DNA of 17,526 nucleotides from a virus (taxonomy: Duplodnaviria; Heunggongvirae; Uroviricota; Caudoviricetes), in IMG/VR virus record IMGVR_UViG_2645727821_000005, positions 1 through 17,526 of that record. One strand, 5' to 3'. The notes below the pieces were generated by a model. It was not told the DNA's origin. It saw nothing but the letters and a program-made list of their open reading frames with translations, and did not search any database. A program made the translations under genes and the position numbers. Positions 1 through 13,453 of this stretch are shown here, piece after piece. The number at the start of each line of letters is the position of its first letter. Positions within the stretch are counted from its first letter, which is position 1.

Positions 1-237
1 GTAACCATAAGGCGGCGTCCACAGAAAGGCCTTCCAGCCCCCGTGCTCAGCCAGAAACGACTCCAGCGCCGTGGCCTCCTCACGGGAGACAGACAGCGTC
101 ACGCTGTACGTTTTCAGGTCAGCGTTCAGCCCGGCAGGCGCACGCTGGGAATAGCCATCACCAAAGCGCACCTCCCTGACGGAAGGAGCCGATGTCACAT
201 CCATCCCGGGTTTCACTTTCCAGCGGAAGGTTTTCAT
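1..237 (-). CDS. M: Tail protein gpM (lambda M-like), partial: 3' end runs off the window edge
   Basis: Minus-strand ATG at 237..235 (MKTFRWKVKPGMDV...) reads in frame to position 1 with no stop. The ATG overlaps the TGA stop of H (ATGA coupling). Position directly downstream of H matches lambda gene order. Confidence 0.8.
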   Translation of the reverse strand, partial: MKTFRWKVKPGMDVTSAPSVREVRFGDGYSQRAPAGLNADLKTYSVTLSVSREEATALESFLAEHGGWKAFLWTPPYGY

Positions 238-2816
238 CGTCCACCTCCGTAGAACAGACCACCATCGCGCATCTGTGCCTGGATTTCATCACGGGCACCC
301 TTGCGGGCCATGTCATACACCGCCTTCATCATCTGTGGACCTGGCAGACCATTCGTACCGTCGTTCTGAATCACCACGTTGTTGTTCTGCTCAAACCTGA
401 TACCCTCTGAACGCCGCATTTGCGCCGGACTTCCGGTGCCACCGACATAACCGCCAGTGGCATAGCCGCGCATCAGCCGGTAGAGATTCCCCACGCCAAT
501 CCGGCTGGTTGCCTCCTTCGTGAAGACAAATTCACCACGGTGAACAATCCCCGCTGGCTCATATTTGCCGCCGGTTCCAGTAAATCCTCCGGTTGCAAAA
601 TGAAATTTCTCCGCAGCGGCCTGAATGGCTGTACCGGTTGAGACGGATGCGCCGCCACCAACAACTCCGCCAATGACGCTGCCGATACTCCCGACAATCC
701 CCACCATTGCCTGCTTAAGCAGAATTTCTGTCATCATGGACAGCACGGAACGGGTGAAGCTGCGCCAGTTCTGCTCACTGCCGGTCAGCATCGCCGCCAT
801 ATTCTGCGCAATACCATCAAAGGTCTGCGTGGCTGCACTTTTAACCTGCGACATACTGTCCGTGGCGCTCTCTTCCCACTCACTCCAGCCGGACTTCAGG
901 CCTGCCATCCAGCTCCCGCGAAGCTGGTCTTCAGCCGCCCAGGTCTTTTTCTGCTCTGACATGACGTTATTCAGCGCCAGCGGATTATCGCCATACTCCT
1001 CCTTCAGGCGCTGTTCCGTGGCTTCCCTCGCTGCCTGCCGGTCAGTCAGCCCCCGGCTTTTCGCATCAATGGCGGCCCGTTTTGCCCGTTGCTGCTGTGC
1101 AAATTTATCCGCCTGCTTCGCCAGTTCGTTCAGCCGTTTCTGGTGTTCAACCTTATCGCCAAGTTCAGCCAGCTGACGTTTGTACTCCAGCGTCTCTTTT
1201 TCATGAGCAAGAAGAGATTTTTCCTCGATACTTAGCGATTTCTTCTGTCCGTCCAGAACGTCAGCAGACAACTTCTCATGCAACACGGCATACTGGCTTT
1301 CGGCTGTCCACAAATCCCGGCGCTGCTGGCTGATTTTTTCATTCGCTCCGCTATGCTGCTCAAGCATTTTTAGTTCAGCTTGTAACGCAAGAAGAGCTGC
1401 ATGTGCTCGATCTTCCTGACGCTCTCCCGCAGACACCTTCACGCCGGACTGTTTCGGCTTTTTCAGCGTCGCTTCATAATCCTTTTTCGCCGCCGCCATC
1501 AGCGTGTTGTAATCCGCCTGCAGAATTTTCCCGTCTTTCAGTGCCTTATTCAGTTCTTCCTGACGGGCGGTATATTTCTCCAGCGGCGTCTGCAGCCGTT
1601 CGTAAGCCTTCTGCGCCTCTTCGGTATATTTCAGCCGTGACGCTTCGGTATCGCTCTGCTGCTGCGCATTTTTGTCCTGTTGACGCTGTTGATCTACCCT
1701 CTTTTGGGCTGCATCCCGCTCCAGGCGTTTTTTTTCACGATCATCCCAGTAACGCGCCCGCGCTTCATCGTTAACGAAATAATCATCCTTGCGCAGATTC
1801 CAGATGTCGTCTGCTTTCTTAAACGCAGCCTCTGCCTTAATCAGCATCTCCTGCGCGGTATCAGGACGACCAATATCCAGCACCTCATCCCACATGGATT
1901 TGAATGCCCGTGCTGTCCTGTCTGCCCAGGTCTCCAGCGTGCCCATGTTCTCTTTCAGGCGGCGGGTCTGGTCATCAAACCCTTTCGTTGCGGCCTCGTT
2001 CGCCGCCTGCAATGCCCCGGCTTCATCGCCGGAACGCTGCAACTGAGCAACATACGCAATCTGCTCCGCCGTCACGTTATGGAACTGGCGCGCCATCGCC
2101 GTCAGCCCCGACGTCGGGTCAGTGGTCAGCTTCCCGAAGGCTTCAGCGACCTTGTCCACCTCCACGCCGGATGCAGAGGAGAAACGCGCCACACTCTGGC
2201 TGATGGACGCAATCTGAGCCTCACCGCTTACCCCCGCCTTAACCAGTGCACTGAGTGACTCGCTGGTCTGGTTAAACGTCAGCCCTGCCGCCTGCCCGGC
2301 TCTGGACAGGACCAGCATACGATCTGCCGTCAGACCCGACTGATTGCCGGAAAGGACCAGCGTTTTGTTGAAATCGGACAGGGTTGAGTTGCCCTGATAC
2401 CAGGCATACGCCAGCGCACCGGTCGCCACCGCCAGCGAGGTTGCCCCGACCATCGGCAGGGTGATCGCACCGGCAAGCCCCCTGAACATGGGGATCATCC
2501 CGCCGAAGGAGTCCTTCACCTGACCACCCTGTTGCAGCAGGATCAGCCACGGACTTTGCCCGCCTGCAAGCTGCGTGGCCACGTCGGTGAACTGCGCAGG
2601 CAGCATACGCATGGCAGCTTTATACTGCCCGACGGAAATCCCCGCTTTCTGTGCAGCCAGTGCCTGTCGGCTCAGCGACTGTTCAACGACTGCCGCTGTT
2701 TTTTTCGCATCACTTTCCGTACCGGAAAAATGACGCCTGACTCTGGCCATCTGCTCGTCAAATCTGGCCGCATCCAGACTCAAATCAACGACCAGATCGC
2801 CTACCGGTTCAGCCAT
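234..2816 (-). CDS. H: Tail tape measure protein gpH
   Basis: 860-aa ORF, ATG at 2816..2814. N-terminus MAEPVGDLVVDLSLDAARFDEQMARV and C-terminal glycine-rich region match lambda gpH as I recall it; long coiled-coil-like central region. Start overlaps the end of the T reading frame. Confidence 0.93.
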   Translation of the reverse strand: MAEPVGDLVVDLSLDAARFDEQMARVRRHFSGTESDAKKTAAVVEQSLSRQALAAQKAGISVGQYKAAMRMLPAQFTDVATQLAGGQSPWLILLQQGGQVKDSFGGMIPMFRGLAGAITLPMVGATSLAVATGALAYAWYQGNSTLSDFNKTLVLSGNQSGLTADRMLVLSRAGQAAGLTFNQTSESLSALVKAGVSGEAQIASISQSVARFSSASGVEVDKVAEAFGKLTTDPTSGLTAMARQFHNVTAEQIAYVAQLQRSGDEAGALQAANEAATKGFDDQTRRLKENMGTLETWADRTARAFKSMWDEVLDIGRPDTAQEMLIKAEAAFKKADDIWNLRKDDYFVNDEARARYWDDREKKRLERDAAQKRVDQQRQQDKNAQQQSDTEASRLKYTEEAQKAYERLQTPLEKYTARQEELNKALKDGKILQADYNTLMAAAKKDYEATLKKPKQSGVKVSAGERQEDRAHAALLALQAELKMLEQHSGANEKISQQRRDLWTAESQYAVLHEKLSADVLDGQKKSLSIEEKSLLAHEKETLEYKRQLAELGDKVEHQKRLNELAKQADKFAQQQRAKRAAIDAKSRGLTDRQAAREATEQRLKEEYGDNPLALNNVMSEQKKTWAAEDQLRGSWMAGLKSGWSEWEESATDSMSQVKSAATQTFDGIAQNMAAMLTGSEQNWRSFTRSVLSMMTEILLKQAMVGIVGSIGSVIGGVVGGGASVSTGTAIQAAAEKFHFATGGFTGTGGKYEPAGIVHRGEFVFTKEATSRIGVGNLYRLMRGYATGGYVGGTGSPAQMRRSEGIRFEQNNNVVIQNDGTNGLPGPQMMKAVYDMARKGARDEIQAQMRDGGLFYGGGR

Positions 2817-3647
2817 ACCGGACTCCTCCTGCGATACCTTCTGATACTGTCATCAGCATTACGTCATCCTCCGTCATGTCCGCCACATCCGGGGAAGCGG
2901 GGATAACTTCATTCCCGTCCGGGCCAAAGCGGACGCCTCCGGCAAGCCCTGCCGCTTTCTGCATCAGCACATCATCTTCAGGCTCTTCGTCAGCCTCGCG
3001 CCGGTTCAGCAGACTGAAATCCAGCGGATGCATATCCGGATCGCTGAAAAACAGGCTGAGCACGGTGTACGTCAGCCCGGAAAAGTGCATATCCAGCAGA
3101 ACATCATGAAAATAATGGGTACTGTAAAAGCGGTGCCAGTCGGCATACTCCGTGGATGACATCCCGGCGAGCATGGCGCGCCAGTCGGGTCGCCCCATCT
3201 CGCGCGCCAGTTTCAGGGCAAAACTCAGCTCACCGTCGAACACTTTCCCGCAGAAACAGGCTCTGCAGGCCCGGCGTCCTCTGCCTGGTCAGGGGCATCA
3301 TTCACCACAAACTCATACATTCCGGACAGCCGGTACACCACGTTTTCAGCATGAGAAATTGCCGCTGTGGGCCAGGTGGTAAGCACTTCCTGCTCAATCT
3401 GTTTAACGGCTTCATTCATGGACGGCTGCTTTGTCTTCTGCGGATGGTTATGCCACAGGGACATCGCCACCAGAAACGCGCCGGTTCTGATGGCGTCTTC
3501 CACAGTAAACTTCCGGTTGCTGTCTGACTCCGCCTGTTCTGCCTGCCGTTTCATCAGGGCGAGATGCTCAATACGCTGCAGGGCTGACAGTTCAGAAAGC
3601 GTGACGGTCACGCCGTTATATTCAAATGATTCGGTTTTCAGGAACAT
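2809..3647 (-). CDS. T: Tail assembly chaperone gpGT, made by a -1 programmed frameshift from G into the T frame
   Basis: The T frame (2809..3243) is open in the -1 frame relative to G and has no independent start with an RBS. Slippery heptamer G GGA AAG lies at minus-strand 3249..3243. T frame ends 8 nt inside the start of H. Confidence 0.85.
3225..3647 (-). CDS. G: Tail assembly chaperone gpG
   Basis: 140-aa ORF (MFLKTESFEYNGVTVTLSEL...), ATG at 3647..3645 preceded by GGAGAG. Same length as lambda G. Ends SAGKCSTVS immediately after the GGGAAAG slippery heptamer. Confidence 0.92.
   Translation of the reverse strand: MFLKTESFEYNGVTVTLSELSALQRIEHLALMKRQAEQAESDSNRKFTVEDAIRTGAFLVAMSLWHNHPQKTKQPSMNEAVKQIEQEVLTTWPTAAISHAENVVYRLSGMYEFVVNDAPDQAEDAGPAEPVSAGKCSTVS
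3243..3249 (-). other. Programmed -1 ribosomal frameshift slippery site GGGAAAG (G to G-T)
   Basis: Plus strand 3243..3249 is ctttccc, reverse complement GGGAAAG, lying across the last codons of G (…A-G-K-C-S-T-V-S-stop). The -1 frame continues into the T ORF. Confidence 0.85.
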
Positions 3648-3662
3648 CGCTGACTCTCCGGA

Positions 3663-4403
3663 TTAGCTGTCGGTGACGTTGATTTCTGCAACCGCAGCAA
3701 ACTCACCATTACCGGATACAACCGGAATGTTGACCCTGCCTGCAGCAACGCCCTTCACGGTGATGGTCATACCACTGACCGACACGGTGGCTTTTGTTTT
3801 ATCCGAAGACACCGCACGGAAGCTCTTGTCGGTTGCGCCTTCCGGCTGGAATGCCACGGTCAGCGTGGTGCTCTGCCCTTTCACCACCGAGGTGCTGGCA
3901 GGCGTCACGGTCATGCCGGTTGCCGCTGTTACCGTGCTGCGATCTTCTGCCATCGACGGACGTCCCACATTGGTGACTTTCACCGTGCGGGTGATCACTT
4001 CCTTCGCCGTCACCGCCTTACCGATACTGCTGACCCAGCCACGGAACACATCGACCGTGCCGTTCGGGAAGCGAATTTTATAGGCACGGGTATCACCTTC
4101 ATTAAACCACGCCAGCAGCGCCTGCTGCCCCTGCTCTCCGGGCATCCACGCCAGCGTGAAACTGGTATCTCCGGCAGATTTCTGCCCCTGCCCGGTCGCA
4201 GTCCAGTCCGCATCTTCATCATCGAGATAGCTGTCGTCATAGGACTCAGCGGTCAGTTCGCCGGGTGTCAGGTCTTTAACTTTTGCCAGACGCGACCAGT
4301 CAACGTCTGAAAGCGGGTTTGCATAAGGGTCGCCGCTCCCGTTATAAACCCACAGTGTGGTCCCGGCCCCTTTCACCGGTGCCAGAGGATTTGGTGTTGG
4401 CAT
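3663..4403 (-). CDS. V: Major tail tube protein gpV
   Basis: ATG at 4403..4401 preceded by GAGGA gives 246 aa ([20 protein letters not shown]...), the lambda V length. The ORF-track start at 4433 is an upstream in-frame extension that overlaps U. C-terminal Ig-like region present. Confidence 0.9.
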   Translation of the reverse strand: MPTPNPLAPVKGAGTTLWVYNGSGDPYANPLSDVDWSRLAKVKDLTPGELTAESYDDSYLDDEDADWTATGQGQKSAGDTSFTLAWMPGEQGQQALLAWFNEGDTRAYKIRFPNGTVDVFRGWVSSIGKAVTAKEVITRTVKVTNVGRPSMAEDRSTVTAATGMTVTPASTSVVKGQSTTLTVAFQPEGATDKSFRAVSSDKTKATVSVSGMTITVKGVAAGRVNIPVVSGNGEFAAVAEINVTDS

Positions 4404-4410
4404 ATCGTCC

Positions 4411-4806
4411 TCACATTTCATAGGTAATGACATAAGTCAGATCGGCTGAACTCCACAGGCCCGCATCATCGTCGCGCCGGTAGTCATAGCCGCTGGCCAC
4501 CATACTGGTGATCAAATCTGACAGTGCCGGGATATCGCTCATCACCGGATAAATCCGGGACTCCATCCACGCATCCAGCTCTGAATCCGGCACCTGAGCA
4601 GGCAGGAAAACTTCGATATGCAGCTCCGCCTGCCAGGTATCGCTGTCCAGCTCTTCGCCCGTGTATTCAGCGCCAGTGAGATAAACGGCAATTGCCGGAA
4701 AATCCGCCTCATCAAAAACAGCGGGGCGACCATCAAAAAGCGTCGCCCCGGTGTCATGCTTCTCCAGTGCATCCAGTACGGCTGCACGGAGTTCAGTATG
4801 TTTCAT
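4411..4806 (-). CDS. U: Tail tube terminator protein gpU
   Basis: 131 aa ([21 protein letters not shown]...), same length as lambda U. ATG overlaps the Z stop (ATGA). Confidence 0.92.
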   Translation of the reverse strand: MKHTELRAAVLDALEKHDTGATLFDGRPAVFDEADFPAIAVYLTGAEYTGEELDSDTWQAELHIEVFLPAQVPDSELDAWMESRIYPVMSDIPALSDLITSMVASGYDYRRDDDAGLWSSADLTYVITYEM

Positions 4807-5378
4807 CGCTTTATCACAATCCTCAGTTGTTGTTTCAGCGCATAGCTCAGTTCTTTTGGCAGACGTTCTCGCCGGATACGGTTAACGTTCTCATCAAAAG
4901 CCTGTTTCAGTGGGACCGCCATCGGAATTTTCACCACCTGAATGGGAAGACGATTACGCTTTTTCCTTCCCTTATCGTCAGTGCCCTTCGCATACCGTGC
5001 TTCTGGCAGACGTTGCATAACATGCCAGCGTCCATTATTTAATCGCTGGATGAATGCCCGCTGATAACGATGCTGACCGGCTTTGAGTATGCTGTTCGGG
5101 CGATGACCAAGCATCCTGATCCCCAGCTTAATAGCAGGGAGATCACCTCGGTTAACGATAATTTTTGCATTCGGATTTCTGACCGTAGCTCGTTTCAGTC
5201 TGGATCGCTCTTTAACCAGTTTTCTCGGCACCCGGGTTTCACGGGCGACCTGAGACGAAGACTGATTAATCGCCGTTGCGGCCACGCGGTTAATGGCCAT
5301 TGCTGACGCACCAGGCACCGCCGTTTTGCTGATACGGCTGAGGTTTTCAACGGCCTGCTCAAGACCTTTTATGGCCAT
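4803..5378 (-). CDS. Z: Tail completion protein gpZ
   Basis: 191 aa (MAIKGLEQAVENLSRISKTAV...), ATG at 5378..5376. Position and length match lambda Z (192 aa as I recall). Confidence 0.88.
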   Translation of the reverse strand: MAIKGLEQAVENLSRISKTAVPGASAMAINRVAATAINQSSSQVARETRVPRKLVKERSRLKRATVRNPNAKIIVNRGDLPAIKLGIRMLGHRPNSILKAGQHRYQRAFIQRLNNGRWHVMQRLPEARYAKGTDDKGRKKRNRLPIQVVKIPMAVPLKQAFDENVNRIRRERLPKELSYALKQQLRIVIKR

Positions 5379-5389
5379 ACACCCCCCTT

Positions 5390-5743
5390 TCAGCGACGAC
5401 GGTTAACGGCAGGCGGCACACCACGCCCAAGCCAGAGATGACAACTTCCGCCATCATCCGGCGAAATCCGGTCTATCCAGAAGTTTTCCTCACCGATGGT
5501 CAGCGTGTCGCCGCGCCGCAGCTGCCGCACATCATCAGTCCGGACAAACAGGGACGGGCTGGAGCCTTCAACGCGCACGCCCTGTCCGGCATAGCTGATA
5601 TTTTCAGGGTCATCAAAAACACCACGTATCACCGCACCGGACTGCTCACCGGATGTCATGGTGGCTGACGTTCCCATGTACCCGCGTATCGTTTCATCGG
5701 CGCGGGCAATGGCAGCATCGAACAGGTTATCGAAATCAGCCAC
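5390..5743 (-). CDS. FII: Head-tail joining protein gpFII
   Basis: 117 aa (MADFDNLFDAAIARADETIRGYMG...). GTG start at 5743..5741 preceded by GGGAGG with 4-nt spacer. Confidence 0.9.
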   Translation of the reverse strand: MADFDNLFDAAIARADETIRGYMGTSATMTSGEQSGAVIRGVFDDPENISYAGQGVRVEGSSPSLFVRTDDVRQLRRGDTLTIGEENFWIDRISPDDGGSCHLWLGRGVPPAVNRRR

Positions 5744-5754
5744 AGCGCCTCCCG

Positions 5755-6153
5755 TTATTGCATTCTGGCCAGGCCACGTTCTGTCATTTCGGCTGCCACA
5801 CCGGCAGAGACACGGAACGCCGTTCCCGGCAGCACAAATGCCACAGGTTCATCCCGCGTGGCGTGAAGTGCATCGGTATGCAGCGTCACCAGTGCCACTA
5901 CCGTGACCAGTTCAGCCGTATCATGAATCACGGTATCCGGCTGCGCTGATACCACCTCATTTTCATGCCCGGTCAGCGCATTTTCCGGGCTGACAGATGT
6001 GTCCTGACCGGCAGCGTCATCCGTGTCATCAAGCTCCTCTTCCAGCTCTGCCACACGGAGTGCCAGTTCTTCTTTCGTCCCCGTCAGGCTGACATCACGG
6101 TTCAGTTGCTCACCCAGCACCTGAAGACGGGCAATCAGTTCATCTTTCGTCAT
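5755..6153 (-). CDS. FI: DNA packaging / head assembly protein gpFI
   Basis: ATG at 6153..6151 preceded by GGAGGAG gives 132 aa (MTKDELIARLQVLGEQLNRDV...), the lambda FI length. The ORF-track start at 6192 is an upstream extension. Confidence 0.9.
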   Translation of the reverse strand: MTKDELIARLQVLGEQLNRDVSLTGTKEELALRVAELEEELDDTDDAAGQDTSVSPENALTGHENEVVSAQPDTVIHDTAELVTVVALVTLHTDALHATRDEPVAFVLPGTAFRVSAGVAAEMTERGLARMQ

Positions 6154-6194
6154 GGACTCCTCCACAGAGAGAAAATGGCCCCGAAGGGCCATGA

Positions 6195-7220
6195 TTACGC
6201 CAGTTGTACAGACACGAATTCATCAGGGTCAGCCAGCAGCATCAGCGGTGCTGACTGAATCATAGTGAACTCACGCGCCGGATCGCCGGTGGTCACCCAG
6301 TTTTTCGGGTAACGGGCAGAGGCGTTAATGCCTTCGCGCTGTGCGTCCGCATCCTGAATGCAGCCATAGGTGCGCAGACCGCGTGCCTGAGTGTTCCCCA
6401 GCACCATCGTGTTGTCCGGCAGGAAGTTCTTTTTGACGCCGTTTTCCACGTACTGTCCGGAATAAACGACGATGGCCACATCGCCATACATTCCCTTATA
6501 AGACACCGCTTTGCCCAGGTCTTTCACCGCTGTCTCCAGCTCGGAATGAGAGCCGCGACGGGTATCCAGCTTATCCTTGACGGCCTTGAAGGAACGGAAC
6601 AGCGCCCAGCCTTTCGGATCAAACACGATGATATTCACCACACCGCTGGCGTTCAGCGCGTAGGCTTCGATATCGTCGGTCGGGTCATACGTGGACTTGT
6701 CACGCTGGCTCCACTGCGTGCCGCCGGACTGCGTGATGTTATTCGCCGCACTGCGGCCCATATCCACTTCAACCGGATCGAAGGCTTCACCGGTCATGGT
6801 GTATTTGCCCTTAAGCACGGCAGAAACGGCCTGCATCTCTTCGACCTGAGCAATGGCCAGCTCTTCGTCACGCATGTTCTGCATGATGATGCGACGGCGG
6901 CGGTAAGCCGGGTCCGCCAGATTCTGTGGATCTTCATCCGGCAGGCGACGCAGGGTCATCTGCGGATTCACCTCATGCTTCGGCTTGACATATCCCGGCG
7001 TAAATTCAGAGGTGGAGCCGCCACGGGAACGGATAACCTCACCGGAAACAATCGGCGAAACGTACAGCGCCATGTTTACCAGTCCCGGAATTTGTGAGAG
7101 ATAGACTTTCTCCGTGGTGAAGGGATAGCTCTCACGGAAAAAGAGACGCAGAAACAGCGGATCAAACTTAAATTTCTTCTCATTTGCCGCCAGCAGCTGG
7201 GCAGTTGTGTACATCGACAT
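6195..7220 (-). CDS. E: Major capsid protein gpE
   Basis: ATG at 7220..7218 gives 341 aa (MSMYTTAQLLAANEKKFKFDPLFLRLFF...), the lambda E length. The ORF-track start at 7247 is an upstream extension into the D-E intergenic hairpin. Confidence 0.93.
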   Translation of the reverse strand: MSMYTTAQLLAANEKKFKFDPLFLRLFFRESYPFTTEKVYLSQIPGLVNMALYVSPIVSGEVIRSRGGSTSEFTPGYVKPKHEVNPQMTLRRLPDEDPQNLADPAYRRRRIIMQNMRDEELAIAQVEEMQAVSAVLKGKYTMTGEAFDPVEVDMGRSAANNITQSGGTQWSQRDKSTYDPTDDIEAYALNASGVVNIIVFDPKGWALFRSFKAVKDKLDTRRGSHSELETAVKDLGKAVSYKGMYGDVAIVVYSGQYVENGVKKNFLPDNTMVLGNTQARGLRTYGCIQDADAQREGINASARYPKNWVTTGDPAREFTMIQSAPLMLLADPDEFVSVQLA

Positions 7221-7230
7221 AAAAAAATTC

Positions 7231-7257
7231 CGTAAAAAAAGCCGCACAGGCGGCCTT
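7231..7257 (-). terminator. Putative intrinsic terminator/attenuator hairpin between D and E
   Basis: Minus strand reads GCCGCCTGTGCGGC (5-bp GC-rich stem, 4-nt loop) followed by TTTTTTT, between the D stop and the E start. Confidence 0.5.
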
Positions 7258-7275
7258 TAGTGATGAAGGGTAAAG

Positions 7276-7608
7276 TTAAACGATGCTGATTGCCGTTCCG
7301 GCAAACGCGGTCCGTTTTTTCGTCTCGTCGCTGGCAGCATCCGGCCAGAGCACATCCTCATAACGGAACGTGCCGGACTTGTAGAACGTCAGCGTGGTGC
7401 TGGTCTGGTCAGCATCAACCGCAAGAATGCCAACGGCAGCACCGTCGGTGGTGCCATCCCACGCAACCAGCTTACGGGTGGAGGTGTCCGGCATCAGCGG
7501 GGTCATTGCAGGCGTTTTCGCACTCAATCCGCCGGGCGCGGTTGCGGTATGAGCCGGGTCACTGTTGCCCAGCGGCTGGTAATGGGTAAAGGTTTCTTTG
7601 CTCGTCAT
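7276..7608 (-). CDS. D: Head decoration protein gpD
   Basis: ATG at 7608..7606 preceded by AAGGGA gives 110 aa ([27 protein letters not shown]...), the lambda D length. Confidence 0.92.
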   Translation of the reverse strand: MTSKETFTHYQPLGNSDPAHTATAPGGLSAKTPAMTPLMPDTSTRKLVAWDGTTDGAAVGILAVDADQTSTTLTFYKSGTFRYEDVLWPDAASDETKKRTAFAGTAISIV

Positions 7609-7617
7609 AAACATCCC

Positions 7618-8223
7618 TTACACTGGTGTGTTCAGCAAATCGTTAACGGCATCAGATGCCGGGTTACCTGCAGCCAGCGGTGCCGGTGCACCCTGCATCA
7701 GACGATCCAGCGCAGTATCACTGCGCGCCTGTGCACTCTGTGGTGCTGCGGCCAGAATGCGGCGGGCCGTTTCCACGGTCATACCGGGGGTTTCAGCCAG
7801 CACGCGGGCCTGTTCTTCGCGTCCGTGAGCCTCCTCACAGTTGAGGATCCCCATAATGCGGCTGTTTTCTGCCGCAACTGCTGCGGTGATCTGCGCGTTC
7901 ACGTCCGGCTGCGCCGCGCTGGCGTTTTCGCCCTCCGTCTCTGGCATCACGTCAGTAACGTCAGCCTGCGAAGCAGTGGCTGAAACAGTTGTTGATTGGG
8001 TCTCTTTGGTCATTCGCCCTCCTGAGAGACGGGATTTACGTGCATCCAGTGCATCACGCATGACGGTGATCGCATCGGTGCTGTTAACAAGTTCATCAGC
8101 CAGTCCGGCATCAATGGCCTCCTGACCGCTGTACACTGCAGCCTCGGTATCCAGCACAGCCTGCACGGACAGGCCGGTATATGCCGACACCTTCTGCGCA
8201 AACATCCGGCGGGTTGCATCCAT
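7618..8223 (-). CDS. Nu3: Scaffolding protein gpNu3, nested in frame in the 3' third of C
   Basis: Internal in-frame ATG at 8223..8221 (MDATRRMFAQKVSAYTGL...) gives 201 aa sharing the C stop, as in lambda. Called from the lambda precedent and the presence of the ATG, not from an independent signal. Confidence 0.6.
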   Translation of the reverse strand: MDATRRMFAQKVSAYTGLSVQAVLDTEAAVYSGQEAIDAGLADELVNSTDAITVMRDALDARKSRLSGGRMTKETQSTTVSATASQADVTDVMPETEGENASAAQPDVNAQITAAVAAENSRIMGILNCEEAHGREEQARVLAETPGMTVETARRILAAAPQSAQARSDTALDRLMQGAPAPLAAGNPASDAVNDLLNTPV

Positions 8224-8917
8224 CCGGGACTGCAGTGTCTCCCGGACGTCATCCGGAAGATGGCTGTAGGGGTTGCCATCCACCTTATGGCTGCCGCTGT
8301 AAATCAGCGTGATTTCCATGCCCTGTTTCTCCAGCGCAGCGCCGTAATTACTGTGAGCCATCATGACGCCGATGGAGCCTGTCCGGGCGGTCTGTGTGAC
8401 CAGACGCCGGGAGGCGGCACTGGCAAGCAGCTGACCTGCACTGCAGTTCATGTCGTTGGCCAGCGCCCATACCGGTTTTATGTCACGCACACGGGCGATG
8501 ATGTCAGCGCAGTCAAATGCCCCCGCCACCATCCCGCCGGGCGTGTCCATATCGAGCAGAATGCCGTCCACCATCGGATCGCTGGCAGCCTGTTGCAGAC
8601 GGGCGATAATGCCGTTGTAACCGGTCATCCCCGAATACGGCTGCAGCGCCCGCGTCCGGCTGACCAGCGTGCCGGACACCGGCAGCACGGCGATGCCGTT
8701 CATGACCTGATAACTGCGGGCCTGTCGTGGTCCGTCATCATCAACGGATAACGCCAGCGTCGCGGGTGCCTCTCCGGCAGTCAGGCTGTCACCGGACACC
8801 GCATCCGTCAGGCGGCTGATCCCAAGCTGGCCTGCAAGCGCACAAAAGAAAACCCGCGCATAGGCGGGTTCAAGCATCAGCGGCTCATTAAAGGCCATGC
8901 TGGCAATATGCGGGAGA

Positions 8918-8937
<20 letters not shown>
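7618..8937 (-). CDS. C: Head maturation protease / scaffold gpC (ClpP/S49-like)
   Basis: GTG at 8937..8935 preceded by GGAGGAGAAGA gives 439 aa (VTAELRNLPHIASMAFNEPLML...), the lambda C length. Start overlaps the 3' end of B by 20 nt as in lambda. The ORF-track start at 9072 is an upstream extension. Confidence 0.9.
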
Positions 8938-12618
<3,681 letters not shown>

Positions 12619-12644
<26 letters not shown>

Positions 12645-13164
12645 TCAGCAACCCCGGTATCAGTTCATCCAGCGCGGCTGCTTTGTTCATGGCTTTGATG
12701 ATATCCCGTTTCAGGAAATCAACATGTCGGTTTTCCAGTTCCGGAAAACGCCGCTGCACCGACAGGGGGATCCCGTCGAGAATACTGGCAATTTCACCTG
12801 CGATCCGCGACAGCACGAAAGTACAGAATGCGGTTTCCACCACTTCAGCGGAGTCTCTGGCATTTTTCAGCTCCTGTGCGTCGGCCTGCGCACGCGTAAG
12901 TCGATGGCGTTCGTACTCAATAGTCCCTGGCTGGAGATCTGTCTCGCTGGCCTGCCGCAGTTCTTCAACTTCCCGGCGCAGCTTTTCGTTCTCAATTTCA
13001 GCATCCCTTTCGGCATACCATTTTATGACGGCGGCAGAGTCATAAAGCACCTCATTACCCTTGCCACCGCCTCGCAGAACGGGCATTCCCTGTTCCTGCC
13101 AGTTCTGAATGGTACGGATACTCACACCGAAAATGTCAGCCAGCTGCTTTTTGTTGACTTCCAT
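12619..13164 (-). CDS. Nu1: Terminase small subunit gpNu1
   Basis: 181 aa (MEVNKKQLADIFGVSIRTIQNWQEQGMPVLRGGGKGNEVLYD...), ATG at 13164..13162. N-terminal winged-HTH region. Sits about 190 bp downstream of cosN as in lambda. Confidence 0.95.
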
Positions 13165-13400
13165 TGTTCATTCCACGGCCAAAAACAGAGAAAGGAAACG
13201 ACAGAGGCCCAAAAGCTCGTTTTCAGCACCTGTCGTTTCCTTTCTTTTCAGGGGGTATTTTAAATAAAAACATTAAGTTACAACGAAGAAGAACGGAAAT
13301 GCCTTAAACCGGAAAATTTTCATAAATAGCGAAAACCCGCGAGGTCGCCGCCCCGTAGCCTGCCGGATCGCCGGAAAGGACCCGCAGGCGTTCTGGTTTA
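13165..13400 (-). other. cos region (cosB between cosN and Nu1, cosN, and the cosQ side)
   Basis: Reverse complement of 13261..13353 reads GGGCGGCGACCTCGCGGGTTTTCGCTATTTATGAAAATTTTCCGGTTTAAGG..., the lambda left end as I recall it. Plus strand 13354..13385 (cgtagcctgccggatcgccggaaaggacccgc) resembles the lambda right end. Confidence 0.85.
13342..13353. other. cosN 12-nt cohesive-end sequence (GGGCGGCGACCT on the minus strand)
   Basis: Plus strand 13342..13353 is aggtcgccgccc, the exact reverse complement of the lambda 12-nt cohesive end. Confidence 0.85.
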
Positions 13401-13435
13401 TTCTCAATGAATTCAATGTCTGACAGACCTGCGTC

Positions 13436-13453
13436 GTGCGACCACGGTCGCAC
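13436..13453. repeat. 18-bp palindrome GTGCGACCACGGTCGCAC, copy 1 of 3
   Basis: 8-bp inverted arms GTGCGACC / GGTCGCAC around a 2-bp centre. Identical 18-mer recurs at 15122..15139 and 15342..15359. Confidence 0.9.

Noticed and set aside
625-2258. Plus-strand ORFs (625..1176, 1082..1333, 1401..1774, 1680..2258, 1789..2046, 1904..2203) inside the tape-measure gene region
   Set aside because: They are antisense to the well-supported 860-aa H ORF, have no RBS I could find, and have low-complexity Ser/Pro/Ala/Arg-rich translations typical of antisense frames of a GC-rich gene.
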